DNA of 54,242 nucleotides from Bacteroidales bacterium UBA5537 (lineage in GTDB: Bacteria; Bacteroidota; Bacteroidia; Bacteroidales; Lentimicrobiaceae). A model generated the notes under the pieces. It did not search any database, was not told the origin of the DNA, and saw only the letters and a program-made list of their open reading frames with translations. The stretch is taken from assembly GCA_002426025.1 (NCBI GenBank), contig DINP01000102.1, positions 58,189 through 112,430 on the forward strand, given 5' to 3'. The position numbers and the translations under genes were made by a program. Shown here piece after piece: positions 8,946-17,999 of the stretch (position 1 is the first letter of the stretch; every line of letters begins with the position of its first letter).

Positions 8946-9359
8946 TTACTTTTTGCAATTGGAGCAGACTCCTTTTACTACCATATTTACGCTTTCAAGG
9001 GAAAAATTATTGGGTAGGCTAATTGAAGGAATTGGAAAATCATTTAAACAAAGGGTCTGATTGCATTTTGTGCAAAGAAAATGAACATGCAGTTCTTCGG
9101 GCATACATTCGCAAGTGTCCTGGCAAAGTGCATATTTTACCGTTCCACTCCCGTCGTCGATACTATGAATAAGTTTGTTCTTTTCAAAAGTTTTGAGTGT
9201 CCTGTATAATGTGGCTTTATCTACTTTCTCAAATTTATGTTCTAATTGAGGCAAACTAATAGCAGTTTTTTGCTCGATTAAAACTTGCAATACCAACTCT
9301 CGCATAGCGGTTGGTTTGATGTTTTTCGAGTTGAGTTTGTTGTCTATTTCTTTCTTCAT
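8946..9359 (-). CDS. Fur-family transcriptional regulator
   Basis: KPTAMRELVL, DKATLYRTLKTF HTH, HVHFLCTKC and GVCSNC CxxC motifs. Confidence 0.92.
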   Translation of the reverse strand: MKKEIDNKLNSKNIKPTAMRELVLQVLIEQKTAISLPQLEHKFEKVDKATLYRTLKTFEKNKLIHSIDDGSGTVKYALCQDTCECMPEELHVHFLCTKCNQTLCLNDFPIPSISLPNNFSLESVNMVVKGVCSNCKK

Positions 9360-9387
9360 TTTTAATTTCCTCAGTTTGTTTAAAGCT

Positions 9388-9395
9388 CAAAAGTA
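9388..9395 (-). promoter_or_regulatory. -7 promoter element for the Fur-like gene
   Basis: Minus strand TACTTTTG (TAnnTTTG), 29 nt upstream of the ATG. Confidence 0.6.
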
Positions 9396-9636
9396 ACAAT
9401 TATGTACCGGTGTGCAGTAAGAATTTATGAGATCTTATAAGCTTTTGGGTTGCGCGTTGGCTTAAGGGGGCTTGGCAAAGTGCTGCAATTTGGGTTTGCC
9501 TTTATTGCAAAAAAAAATCATCAAGGTTTGCACTGGACTGTAATAAATGCATGCCTTTTTTCTCCTCGTTCAGACGCTAAGGATTTGGCTGCCGTTCAAA
9601 CAAACCCTGTTCCCCCCTCCGCCATTTAGCACTCTG

Positions 9637-9673
9637 CTCCCCTCTCCGCCCAGAAGAGGGGTCGGGGGTGAGG
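9637..9673. repeat. REP-like GC-rich palindromic element (CCCCTCTCC..AGAGGGG.CGGGGGTGAGG type)
   Basis: ctcccctctccgcccagaagaggggtcgggggtgagg; CCCCTCT/AGAGGGG stem plus GGGGGTGAGG tail, resembling a dispersed repeat I recall near DUF559 nucleases; only one copy in this window. Confidence 0.55.
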
Positions 9674-9677
9674 CAAG

Positions 9678-9704
9678 AAAAACAGCCCGGCATCACCGGG
9701 CTGT
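9678..9704 (-). terminator. Intrinsic terminator of the 9727-10659 gene
   Basis: ACAGCCCGG-tgatg-CCGGGCTGT followed by TTTTT on the minus strand. Confidence 0.85.
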
Positions 9705-9726
9705 CAATCTACAATAATTATCCAAC

Positions 9727-10659
9727 TCACGCTTTCCCCATCACTCCGTCGGCTTCGGTTTCCTCTCCTGTCACAACCGAAATATCTTCCAGTTCAAGGC
9801 TTTGGTAAGAATCCAGGATGCAGGTAATAGTATGCATACCCGGTGCAACCTCATCAAAGAAATAATCACCGTTCTCATCGGTAGTGGTAGCCTCTTCAAC
9901 CCCTTCCATTTCCACAATCACATTCTGTAAACCCTCTCCTGTTTCCGAATCGGTAATATTGCCAAAAATCATCCCGGTAGTAGCATTGGGTTCAACACCT
10001 TTCTCATTCCGCTTTCCTCGTCTGTCAACAATTACGCGGGCAGTAACATAGGCATTAAAATACTCTTTGTCGGTGTTCTTTATCAGGTTCATTGCAACAT
10101 CCATTTTTTCATTAAGCAATTCGCGTACATTTGCCACATTCTCTTTCAGTTCCTTATTAATTGCAGAACGACTGGCAATATCCATTCGTGGAGCCGAAAG
10201 CAGCGTCGTATAATCAATAATCCTGTCCTTAAGCCCGTCAGGAGTAATTGCCTGCCCACGATAAGGGGTAAGAGCTTCCGCAAGTCCATAAGCAAGGTCT
10301 CTCACCCGGGTCGAAATATCAATAAGCTTATCTCCGCCTGCTCTGCGCAAATCTGAATAACACAAATCAACCTGCGCCTTCAATTCAGGTCTGTTTTCCA
10401 TACCCGCGTAAAGCAACAACTGGCTTATCATCTCATCAGCACCAGCCTCAAGCAAAAGGCGTTTAGCCTGTTTTTGCGCTGCATAACGGTTTTCAAGAAC
10501 CAGTAGTTGGTTCTTTTGATGATGCAACGCGATAAGGTCCTTCAGTTCCGCATTCAGTTCAATGCCCTTTGGCACCAATGCCAGATTCTCAGCATACCTG
10601 TCCTGTACATCAGCGACTGCTTTTGCCATAACAATAACATTCATTTCTTTTGTCTTCAT
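9727..10659 (-). CDS. Hypothetical protein: ~215-aa alpha-helical N-domain plus C-terminal carboxypeptidase-regulatory-like (Ig/CnaB-type) domain, no signal peptide
   Basis: YxxARxIVD motif ends the helical part; GMIFGNITDSETGEGLQNVIV...TTTDENGDYFFDEVAPG is a CarboxypepD_reg-like signature; has its own promoter and terminator. Confidence 0.8.
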   Translation of the reverse strand: MKTKEMNVIVMAKAVADVQDRYAENLALVPKGIELNAELKDLIALHHQKNQLLVLENRYAAQKQAKRLLLEAGADEMISQLLLYAGMENRPELKAQVDLCYSDLRRAGGDKLIDISTRVRDLAYGLAEALTPYRGQAITPDGLKDRIIDYTTLLSAPRMDIASRSAINKELKENVANVRELLNEKMDVAMNLIKNTDKEYFNAYVTARVIVDRRGKRNEKGVEPNATTGMIFGNITDSETGEGLQNVIVEMEGVEEATTTDENGDYFFDEVAPGMHTITCILDSYQSLELEDISVVTGEETEADGVMGKA

Positions 10660-11067
10660 AAACTCATTTTTTTGTTAAACATTAAATTAGTTAGAAACTA
10701 TAATCTCATCAACGATGATTCAACCCAGCCGGTATCCGCAACTCTCAGTCATCTAACCAACAGGCCGCAAAAACCCGGCATAAAACAACTCATGCATCAT
10801 GCCGTCTCACAACAGCAAGCAATACAAAAAGAAACTGTACGGTTTATTGCAGGCCTTATCTCTCTAAAATACAATCATCTAATAGCACAGCCCAATATGT
10901 CAAACCGGATACATAGAATTCAAACAATAAATGTGTGCGTGTAGCAATCAATTTAATATCCCGTACCATCGTATAAATCGCAGCATCAAACCTGCAAAAA
11001 GGTGGGAAACGATGGCATTAAATTGTATAATACACCTATCACAAAAATAAAGAACATAGATTTACAG

Positions 11068-11075
11068 CAAATGTA
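11068..11075 (-). promoter_or_regulatory. -7 promoter element for the 9727-10659 gene, implying a ~400-nt 5' leader
   Basis: Minus strand TACATTTG with TTG 18 nt upstream (11094-11096). Confidence 0.55.
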
Positions 11076-11268
11076 GGAAATAATCCTCCATACCAATAAC
11101 TCGATTCTGAAAAATAAATTGTGTTCCAACAAAAATTTTAATTGTAACAGTCCCACCAAGTAAAAGCCAATCTTTTCGCCCGTCCCCTGAAACAGTTTGC
11201 GCTCGTCCCCTGACGCGTGCTACCACTTAAAAACAAAGATTTAAGGAGGACAAAAAATGTCTACTCAC

Positions 11269-11520
11269 TGTCCGCACCCTTCTACTGAAAGTCCGCACCC
11301 TTCTATGCAAGGTCCGCACTCATTTCCATGAGAGCCGCATCTATTTCCGCATTGTCCGCACCCTTCTACGCGAGGTTCGCACCCTTCTACGTATGGTCAG
11401 CACCCTTCTACGTATGGTCCGCATTCTTCTACGCTAGATCCTTACCCTCTTACTAATGGTCCGCACCATTCTAATCACGGTCCGCGCGCTTCTAAGTCTG
11501 GTCTGCAACTTAGGTTAGTC
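11269..11520 (+). repeat. Tandem array of 12 degenerate 21-bp units, consensus GGTCCGCACCCTTCTACG-NNN
   Basis: Units start at 11269, 11290, 11311, 11332, 11353, 11374, 11395, 11416, 11437, 11458, 11479 and 11500; matches to the 18-nt core are 16,16,13,11,17,17,17,16,12,15,15,9; no indels. Confidence 0.95.
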
Positions 11521-11650
11521 TAAGGCTGAGCCTCAGAATTTAATATCAATTCAGGCACAGCCTGGTTCGGCCTCTGATAGAAGCCCGGTTTTCTTTCGCA
11601 TTCCTTATGAAAATTAATGCGTTCCAGGTCTGTTAATTTAAAAAAATACT

Positions 11651-11658
11651 TACCTTTG
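11651..11658 (+). promoter_or_regulatory. -7 promoter element of rpsA
   Basis: TACCTTTG (TAnnTTTG), ~120 nt upstream of the ATG. Confidence 0.75.
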
Positions 11659-11776
11659 CACCCCGGTTTGGCCGGCGCCTTTGCTTTTGATTTTCAGAGG
11701 TGTTCCTGACTGTTCAAACCTGTAATTAACCTTAGTATTAACCGGGTTCCTTCGCGGAGCCACAAAGAAGAATTAA

Positions 11777-13918
11777 ATGACAAACGACGAATTAAACGTC
11801 AACGAAGAATCAACCAATGCCGAAGGCCTTGCTAACGAGAACGTTAATGAGCAACCTGAAGTTGTTGAATCTGAAGTTAAAAATGAAACTGAAGCTGTTG
11901 TTGAAGAGACAGTTGCTGATGTAGAAGAAACTGTTGAAGCAGTTGATGCACCTGTTGCTGAAGAAGCTAAAATTGAAACACCTGAAGTTATTGAAACACC
12001 TGAAGTTGTTGAAGCACCTGTTGCTGTGACAGCTAAAGTTGAAACTACAGTTGAAGATGAAGATGATGATGATGAGCCAACTGTTGAAAAGTTGAAATCA
12101 AAGCTGGTTGCACAGGTTTCATTAGAGAATTTCGATTGGGATGCTATCGGTAAGAAGCATGAAAACTACACTGCTGACGAGCGCACCAAGCTTGAAGGTC
12201 TTTATGATAAAACCCTAAGCTCAATAGTTGAGCACGAAGTTATTGATGGTACTGTAGTTGCCATGAATTCGCGCGAAGTTGTTGTTAATATTGGTTTTAA
12301 ATCAGATGGAGTTATTCCACAGTCGGAACTCAGATATAATCCCAAACTGAAAGTTGGTGACCAGATTGAAGTATATGTTGAAAGCCAGGAAGATATGGGC
12401 GGACAGCTTATTCTCTCACACAAAAAGGCTCGCATTCTCCGTTCATGGGAGCGCGTTAACCAGGCTTTCGAAAAAGAAGAAATTATTAATGGTTATGTTA
12501 AATGCCGCACCAAAGGTGGTCTAATCGTTGATGTATTCGGTATTGAAGCATTCCTCCCGGGTTCACAGATTGATGTGAAACCAATCCGCGATTACGATAT
12601 CTACGTTGATAAGGTAATGGAATTCAAAGTTGTGAAAATTAACCAGGAATACAAAAACGTGGTTGTTTCGCACAAAGCGCTTATTGAAGACGAACTAGAG
12701 CAGCAGAAAGCCGATATCATCAGCAAACTTGAAAAAGGTCAGATTCTTGAAGGTACCGTTAAGAATATCACTTCTTATGGTGTATTTATTGACCTTGGTG
12801 GTGTTGATGGTCTGGTCCATATTACCGACCTTTCATGGGGACGTATCAATCATCCGGAAGAAATCGTTCAATTGGATGAGAAAATCAAGGTTGTTATCCT
12901 TGACTTTGATGAAAACAAAAAACGGATTGCCCTTGGTCTCAAACAACTTACTCCTCATCCATGGGATTCGCTCAGCGAAACTGTTAAAGTGGGTGATGAA
13001 GTTAAAGGCCGCGTAGTGGTAATTGCCGATTATGGTGCATTTATCGAAATAGCTCCTGGTGTTGAAGGTCTGATCCACGTTTCCGAAATGTCATGGTCGC
13101 AGCATCTGCGCACCGCACAGGATTTCCTTAAAGTCGGTGATGAAGTTGATGCAGTTATCCTTACACTCGATCGCGAAGAGCGCAAGATGTCGCTGGGTAT
13201 CAAGCAACTCATTCCTGATCCATGGACAAACATCAAAGAAAAATATCCGCTCAACTCCAAACACGAAGCTACAGTCCGCAACTTTACCAACTTCGGTATT
13301 TTTGTTGAACTCGAAGAAGGTGTTGATGGTCTCATACACATCTCTGACCTTTCTTGGTCGAAAAAAATCAAGCATCCTGCTGAATTCACCAAGATTGGTG
13401 AGAAAATTGAAGTTGTGGTACTTGATGTGGATGTTGAAAACCGCAGGTTGAGCCTTGGTCACAAACAGTTAGAAGAGAATCCTTGGGAAGTTTTTGAAAC
13501 TGTATTCTCAGTTGGTTCGGTTCACAAAGGAACCATTACCAGCGCAAGCGATAAAGGAATGGTAGTTTCCCTTCCATACGGGGTAGAAGGTTTTGCACCG
13601 CTGCGTCATGTGGTTAAAGAGGATAACACCCAGGCTAAAGTTGAAGAATCACTCGACTTCAAGGTTATTGAATTCTCGAAAGATAACAAGAAGATCATTC
13701 TTTCACACTCACGTATATTCCAGGAAGTAGCTTCAAATGAGCGCGCCAAGGAATCTGCATCGAAAGAAAGTGCAGAAAATTCAACCAAACGTGCTGTTAA
13801 AAAACTCAAGGACAACCTCGAGAAAACTACACTCGGCGACCTCGAAGCACTTGCCAATCTGAAATCAGATATGGAAGAGTCAGAAAAAGCGGCCGCTAAG
13901 AACAAAAAATCAGAATAA
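11777..13918 (+). CDS. rpsA: 30S ribosomal protein S1 with ~115-aa acidic N-terminal extension
   Basis: Repeated S1 domains (FLPGSQID, YGVFIDLGGVDGLVHITDLSW, YGAFIEIAPGVEGLIHVSEMSW, FGIFVELEEGVDGLIHISDLSW) and C-terminal TLGDL. Confidence 0.98.
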   Translation: MTNDELNVNEESTNAEGLANENVNEQPEVVESEVKNETEAVVEETVADVEETVEAVDAPVAEEAKIETPEVIETPEVVEAPVAVTAKVETTVEDEDDDDEPTVEKLKSKLVAQVSLENFDWDAIGKKHENYTADERTKLEGLYDKTLSSIVEHEVIDGTVVAMNSREVVVNIGFKSDGVIPQSELRYNPKLKVGDQIEVYVESQEDMGGQLILSHKKARILRSWERVNQAFEKEEIINGYVKCRTKGGLIVDVFGIEAFLPGSQIDVKPIRDYDIYVDKVMEFKVVKINQEYKNVVVSHKALIEDELEQQKADIISKLEKGQILEGTVKNITSYGVFIDLGGVDGLVHITDLSWGRINHPEEIVQLDEKIKVVILDFDENKKRIALGLKQLTPHPWDSLSETVKVGDEVKGRVVVIADYGAFIEIAPGVEGLIHVSEMSWSQHLRTAQDFLKVGDEVDAVILTLDREERKMSLGIKQLIPDPWTNIKEKYPLNSKHEATVRNFTNFGIFVELEEGVDGLIHISDLSWSKKIKHPAEFTKIGEKIEVVVLDVDVENRRLSLGHKQLEENPWEVFETVFSVGSVHKGTITSASDKGMVVSLPYGVEGFAPLRHVVKEDNTQAKVEESLDFKVIEFSKDNKKIILSHSRIFQEVASNERAKESASKESAENSTKRAVKKLKDNLEKTTLGDLEALANLKSDMEESEKAAAKNKKSE

Positions 13919-13939
13919 TCTTTTCTGAAATATCTTTGA

Positions 13940-13965
13940 AAAAATCCCCTTATTGGGGATTTTTT
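13940..13965 (+). terminator. rpsA terminator
   Basis: AAAAATCCCC-ttatt-GGGGATTTTT followed by further T. Confidence 0.85.
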
Positions 13966-14056
13966 CGTTTATAGCCATTTCTGTATTGATTTTTTCATGA
14001 TTTTTACGCACCAACTACTAAAGCTATCAACAAGCAGATCCCGGATATACATCAGG

Positions 14057-14971
14057 ATGAAGAATTTTACAGTAACTATACTAGGCAGCAGTGCTGCAGT
14101 TCCCTATAGAAACCGAAATTTGTCGGCCCAATTGGTAAATCATGCCGGGCGCAGTTTTCTGATTGACTGTGGTGAAGGCACCCAGATGCAGTTAACTCGG
14201 CTAAAGATTAAAAGTATGCGTATCAACCATATTTTTATCAGTCATTTGCATGGCGATCACTTTTATGGTTTAATCGGATTGATATCTACGATGCACCTGC
14301 TTGGCCGGAAAACAGATTTGCATATATATGGTCCTCCCATGCTTGAAAATATAATCAAACTGCAACTTGAGGTTTCACTTACCGATCTTGTTTACAGGCT
14401 TTATTTTCATCCAACCCAGGATCATACTTCTGAGATTATCTACGAAGACGAAAGGCTTACGATTAGCTCTTTACCAATGGTACATCGTATTCCCACCACC
14501 GGATTCTTGTTTACTGAAAAGCCATTTCCACGGCACATTAATATGGATGCCGCCGAAACGTATAATGTTCCCTTTGCATTTTTCAATGAAATTAAAACCG
14601 GCAGGGACTTCAGGACGGAGGATGGACAGTTGATTCCAAATAATTTACTTACTATTGAAGCTAGCCCTCCTCGAACTTATGCCTGTTGCTCCGATACGCT
14701 GTATAATGAACCTTTAGTTGAGTTGATAAAGGGTTGCAATCTTGTTTACCACGAAGCAACTTTTATGAGTGAAATGGCAATTGTAGCAAAGGAAAAGCTT
14801 CATTCAACCTCTGCTCAGGCTGCTATGATTGCTAAGCTGGCCGGAGCGCGAAAATTGTTATTGGGCCATTTTTCAGCGCGCTACGACAACCTTTTGCCAT
14901 TACTCGAAGAAGCACGAGCCGTTTTTGCTGAGTCCTATCTTGCAGAGGAAGGCGTAAGTTATGAGGTATAA
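14057..14971 (+). CDS. rnz: Ribonuclease Z (metallo-beta-lactamase fold)
   Basis: VTILGSSAAVP, LIDCGEGTQ, SHLHGDH, SDT, HEATF, GHFSARY; start reassigned to MKNFTV at 14057. Confidence 0.95.
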   Translation: MKNFTVTILGSSAAVPYRNRNLSAQLVNHAGRSFLIDCGEGTQMQLTRLKIKSMRINHIFISHLHGDHFYGLIGLISTMHLLGRKTDLHIYGPPMLENIIKLQLEVSLTDLVYRLYFHPTQDHTSEIIYEDERLTISSLPMVHRIPTTGFLFTEKPFPRHINMDAAETYNVPFAFFNEIKTGRDFRTEDGQLIPNNLLTIEASPPRTYACCSDTLYNEPLVELIKGCNLVYHEATFMSEMAIVAKEKLHSTSAQAAMIAKLAGARKLLLGHFSARYDNLLPLLEEARAVFAESYLAEEGVSYEV

Positions 14972-17797
14972 TTATCCGTAAAGAATACCCGAGAAGAGCC
15001 TGAGAAGTGTCTTTTTATCGTAAGGCTTGGCCAGGTAATGCGAGCATCCGTTAGATAAAAGCTTTTCGCGATCGCCCTGCATAGTATAGCCTGTTACTGC
15101 TATTATCGGGGTGTCTTTGTAATTATCGAGGGAGCGTACCTCGTTTGCAATAGACATGCCATTCGGCCCGGCGCCCAGGTTGATATCCATCAGAATGGCG
15201 TCATATTTTTTGCGTTTGATTTTCTCAAGCGCAACATAACCGTTTTCAGCCATTTCTGTGTTACAGAGTTCACGCAGATAAAGCGCTGCCAGGCGACGGT
15301 TTATCTCATTATCCTCAACAATCAGTACTTCAGGAACCGGTCCCCGGCTGAGTCGTTGGGTATTGATAATTTGTACCGGCTCAGGTTCAACGGCAACTTC
15401 AAAGGTATCTGGCAATACATAAGGCAGACCAATATAAAAATCGGAACCCTTGTCGGGAACACTGTCAACCCATAACCTTGCATTGATAAGTCTTGCTATC
15501 TTAACGCATAAGGCAAGCCCCAGACCGCTTCCTTCAAATATCCGCGACAGCCCTTCGCTAACCTGTCTGAACTCCTCAAAAATAAGCTTATGATGTTCAG
15601 GAGCGATGCCAATACCGGTGTCGCTCACCCTGATAATCGCTTCCGATTTATTCTGTGCATTTACGTAAGCACTGACCGATACCCCGCCATCAATAGTGAA
15701 TTTTATGGCATTATCGAGCAGATGATGGAGCAATTGTCCCAGCAGTTTTTCGTCTGCCACAACAGTAATGGTTGGTGGTAAGGCAGTACGCAGGTAAATT
15801 CCCTTGTCGCTTGCGATTGAATGAAGGTTGCGAAGCAATGGAAGGAAAGTTGATTTTACATTGACCGGTTTTATGTTCAGGCTATCAATGTTTGATTCGA
15901 TAGCTGAAAGATCCATAATGGAGTTCAATGTTGACATTAGCCGGTTGGCCGATTTGAAAATGGTTGATGCCATTACTTTAAGGCGCTCATCTTCAAGCTC
16001 CTCGTGCAGTATTTCAGAAAAGCCGAGAATTCCTGTCATAGGAGTTCGTAATTCATGGCTCATGTTAGCCAATAGCGATGATTTGAGCCTGCTCGATTCT
16101 TCAGCTTCGTTTTTAGCGTTCAGTAAGGCTTCATCGCTACCAATGCGTAAGATTGAGAGTGCAATTTGCTCTGAAACGAAGTTCAGTATATTTTTCTCAT
16201 CTTCACCATAAGTGATATCAGGCGTATATGACTGCAATACCAGCACTCCAAGCACGCGATCGTGAGTTTTTAAAGGTATTCCTAGCCAGGATTCAGGTAT
16301 AAGTGCAGGCTTCTGAATGATATGTTCAGAAATCATCAGATCGATGGCCGAGGCTGAAACCAGCAATGGTTCGCCATTGCCTAATACATAACCAATCAGT
16401 CCTTTTCTGGCAGATTCCTGATCGGGTGTTCCTTTCGGATCTATACAGAAAGGAAAGTCAATTTCTTTCGAATTATCATCGCTTAAAGCAACCAGTAAGT
16501 TTGGCGCCGGCATCAGGGAGGCAATTATCTGGTGAATGGCCTCCATAAGGTGCGTAAGGTTGTGTTGCGAATGGATTAACTGTGATATTTGAAATGCTGA
16601 AGCCTTAAGGATTTCTGCTTTTTTCTGGGTTGAAACGTCCTGTATGGTCCCTACCCAGCGACGAAGATTCCCCAGGCTGTCAAATTCGAGTTTGGCTTCG
16701 GTGTACAGATGACGGAGGTTGTTTTTAGTGTCAATTATCCTATAGTCAGCCTGATAGGAATCTGATTTTTCGGTGATGCTATCCTCAATGGTTTTTTTAT
16801 ACCATTTCAGATCATCGGGGTGAACCAATCCGAAATGATATAGTTGGTCAGCCTTTAATTCGGTTTCCGGATTTTCAAGGCCAAGAATCTCGAAAAAATT
16901 CCAGGTGAGGATGGTAGTCTTCTCGCCAAAAGTAGCATCCCAGCTTCCGATGCCCGAAATCTGCTGCATATGCCTGAGGCGCTCCTGATTTAGGTAAAGG
17001 GCTTTTTCAGCTTTTCGCAGGTCGGTAATATCACGGACAATTGCCAGTATCTGGTTTCTCTCAACCGAAACAAGACGGTATTCAAGAAATCTTGTTTCAC
17101 CACCAAATTCAATATTATCGTAAAAGGTACTTGGGTTGCCTGACTTATTTATATCACTGAATTTCTCATATATCTTTGATGATTTTTCAGGAAGAATCTG
17201 GTGTAGGTTTTTATTCTTTAACATCCATCCCAGATGGGAGACAGGGAAATTGGGGTTCTGATGCACTTCAATAACATTCGCTTCGCTATCAAACAGTATC
17301 AATAGATCGGGTATGGTTTCAAGTATGGCTTTGTTACGTTGGGCTATATCGGTGAGCTTGTTGTGTATTTTGGTATCAGAAGTATGTCCGTTTGACTTTA
17401 AATTACTCAGTTCCTGGTTTGTAAACGGGTAAAATTGAATCAGATCCAGTTGGATTCCGGCTGATGGTGAAACGGTACTTTTACTTACATGGCAATAAAC
17501 TTCAGATCCGTCACTAAGCCTGATTATCGTGGTAAATTTCTGAGAATCGTTTATTGATTTGTATTCAAAAGATTGATCAGATGATAAAGATATCAATTCT
17601 GATAAGGGGACATTGGTTAATTCTTCGCTACTATAGCCGGTAAGGCTGGTGAATGTACCATTAACGAGCTGAATTGCCCCCGTCTTATCGGTCAATAAGG
17701 CTGCAGCCTGGTAAAAATTTATCCAGTCTGATGTGGTAATAGATTGAACTTCCTGATCGCCCCGGTCTTTGCGCTCTAACATGCTGGATGTCATCAA
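14972..17797 (-). CDS. Cytoplasmic hybrid sensor histidine kinase/response regulator (PAS-PAS-PAS-GAF-HisKA-HATPase-REC)
   Basis: ANMSHELRTPM H-box, NAIKFT, DTGIGI, GSGLGL, REC ILMDINL; PAS VHPDD; no TM segments. Confidence 0.93.
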   Translation of the reverse strand: MMTSSMLERKDRGDQEVQSITTSDWINFYQAAALLTDKTGAIQLVNGTFTSLTGYSSEELTNVPLSELISLSSDQSFEYKSINDSQKFTTIIRLSDGSEVYCHVSKSTVSPSAGIQLDLIQFYPFTNQELSNLKSNGHTSDTKIHNKLTDIAQRNKAILETIPDLLILFDSEANVIEVHQNPNFPVSHLGWMLKNKNLHQILPEKSSKIYEKFSDINKSGNPSTFYDNIEFGGETRFLEYRLVSVERNQILAIVRDITDLRKAEKALYLNQERLRHMQQISGIGSWDATFGEKTTILTWNFFEILGLENPETELKADQLYHFGLVHPDDLKWYKKTIEDSITEKSDSYQADYRIIDTKNNLRHLYTEAKLEFDSLGNLRRWVGTIQDVSTQKKAEILKASAFQISQLIHSQHNLTHLMEAIHQIIASLMPAPNLLVALSDDNSKEIDFPFCIDPKGTPDQESARKGLIGYVLGNGEPLLVSASAIDLMISEHIIQKPALIPESWLGIPLKTHDRVLGVLVLQSYTPDITYGEDEKNILNFVSEQIALSILRIGSDEALLNAKNEAEESSRLKSSLLANMSHELRTPMTGILGFSEILHEELEDERLKVMASTIFKSANRLMSTLNSIMDLSAIESNIDSLNIKPVNVKSTFLPLLRNLHSIASDKGIYLRTALPPTITVVADEKLLGQLLHHLLDNAIKFTIDGGVSVSAYVNAQNKSEAIIRVSDTGIGIAPEHHKLIFEEFRQVSEGLSRIFEGSGLGLALCVKIARLINARLWVDSVPDKGSDFYIGLPYVLPDTFEVAVEPEPVQIINTQRLSRGPVPEVLIVEDNEINRRLAALYLRELCNTEMAENGYVALEKIKRKKYDAILMDINLGAGPNGMSIANEVRSLDNYKDTPIIAVTGYTMQGDREKLLSNGCSHYLAKPYDKKTLLRLFSGILYG

Positions 17798-17999
17798 TTA
17801 ACTATGAAATAAATTCGGTTATTGTTTCCCAACTCCCATGTAAAAATAAAAAAAAATAACTACTTAAACTAAATTCGTTCTTTTTTTGACCAATTCTAAA
17901 TTAGAAAATGATGAAATAGAGTTATCAGATGTTGGACGACAAGGAATTATAGTGAAGAGATATGCTGTTGTGATATTAAATTGATTAGTTGCTCTTTTT

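Noticed and set aside
10507-10944. 145-aa plus-strand ORF
   Set aside because: Overlaps the minus-strand gene antisense, starts with a non-ATG codon, and has no recognisable motif; explained by the A/C-rich, stop-poor composition
11269-11520. CRISPR array or DGR template/variable repeat
   Set aside because: Variable part is only ~3 nt, no cas genes, no reverse transcriptase, and substitutions are not restricted to adenines on either strand
1-11523. Metal island as an intact mobile element
   Set aside because: No integrase, transposase, tRNA or terminal repeats seen; the left boundary lies outside the window, so it cannot be supported
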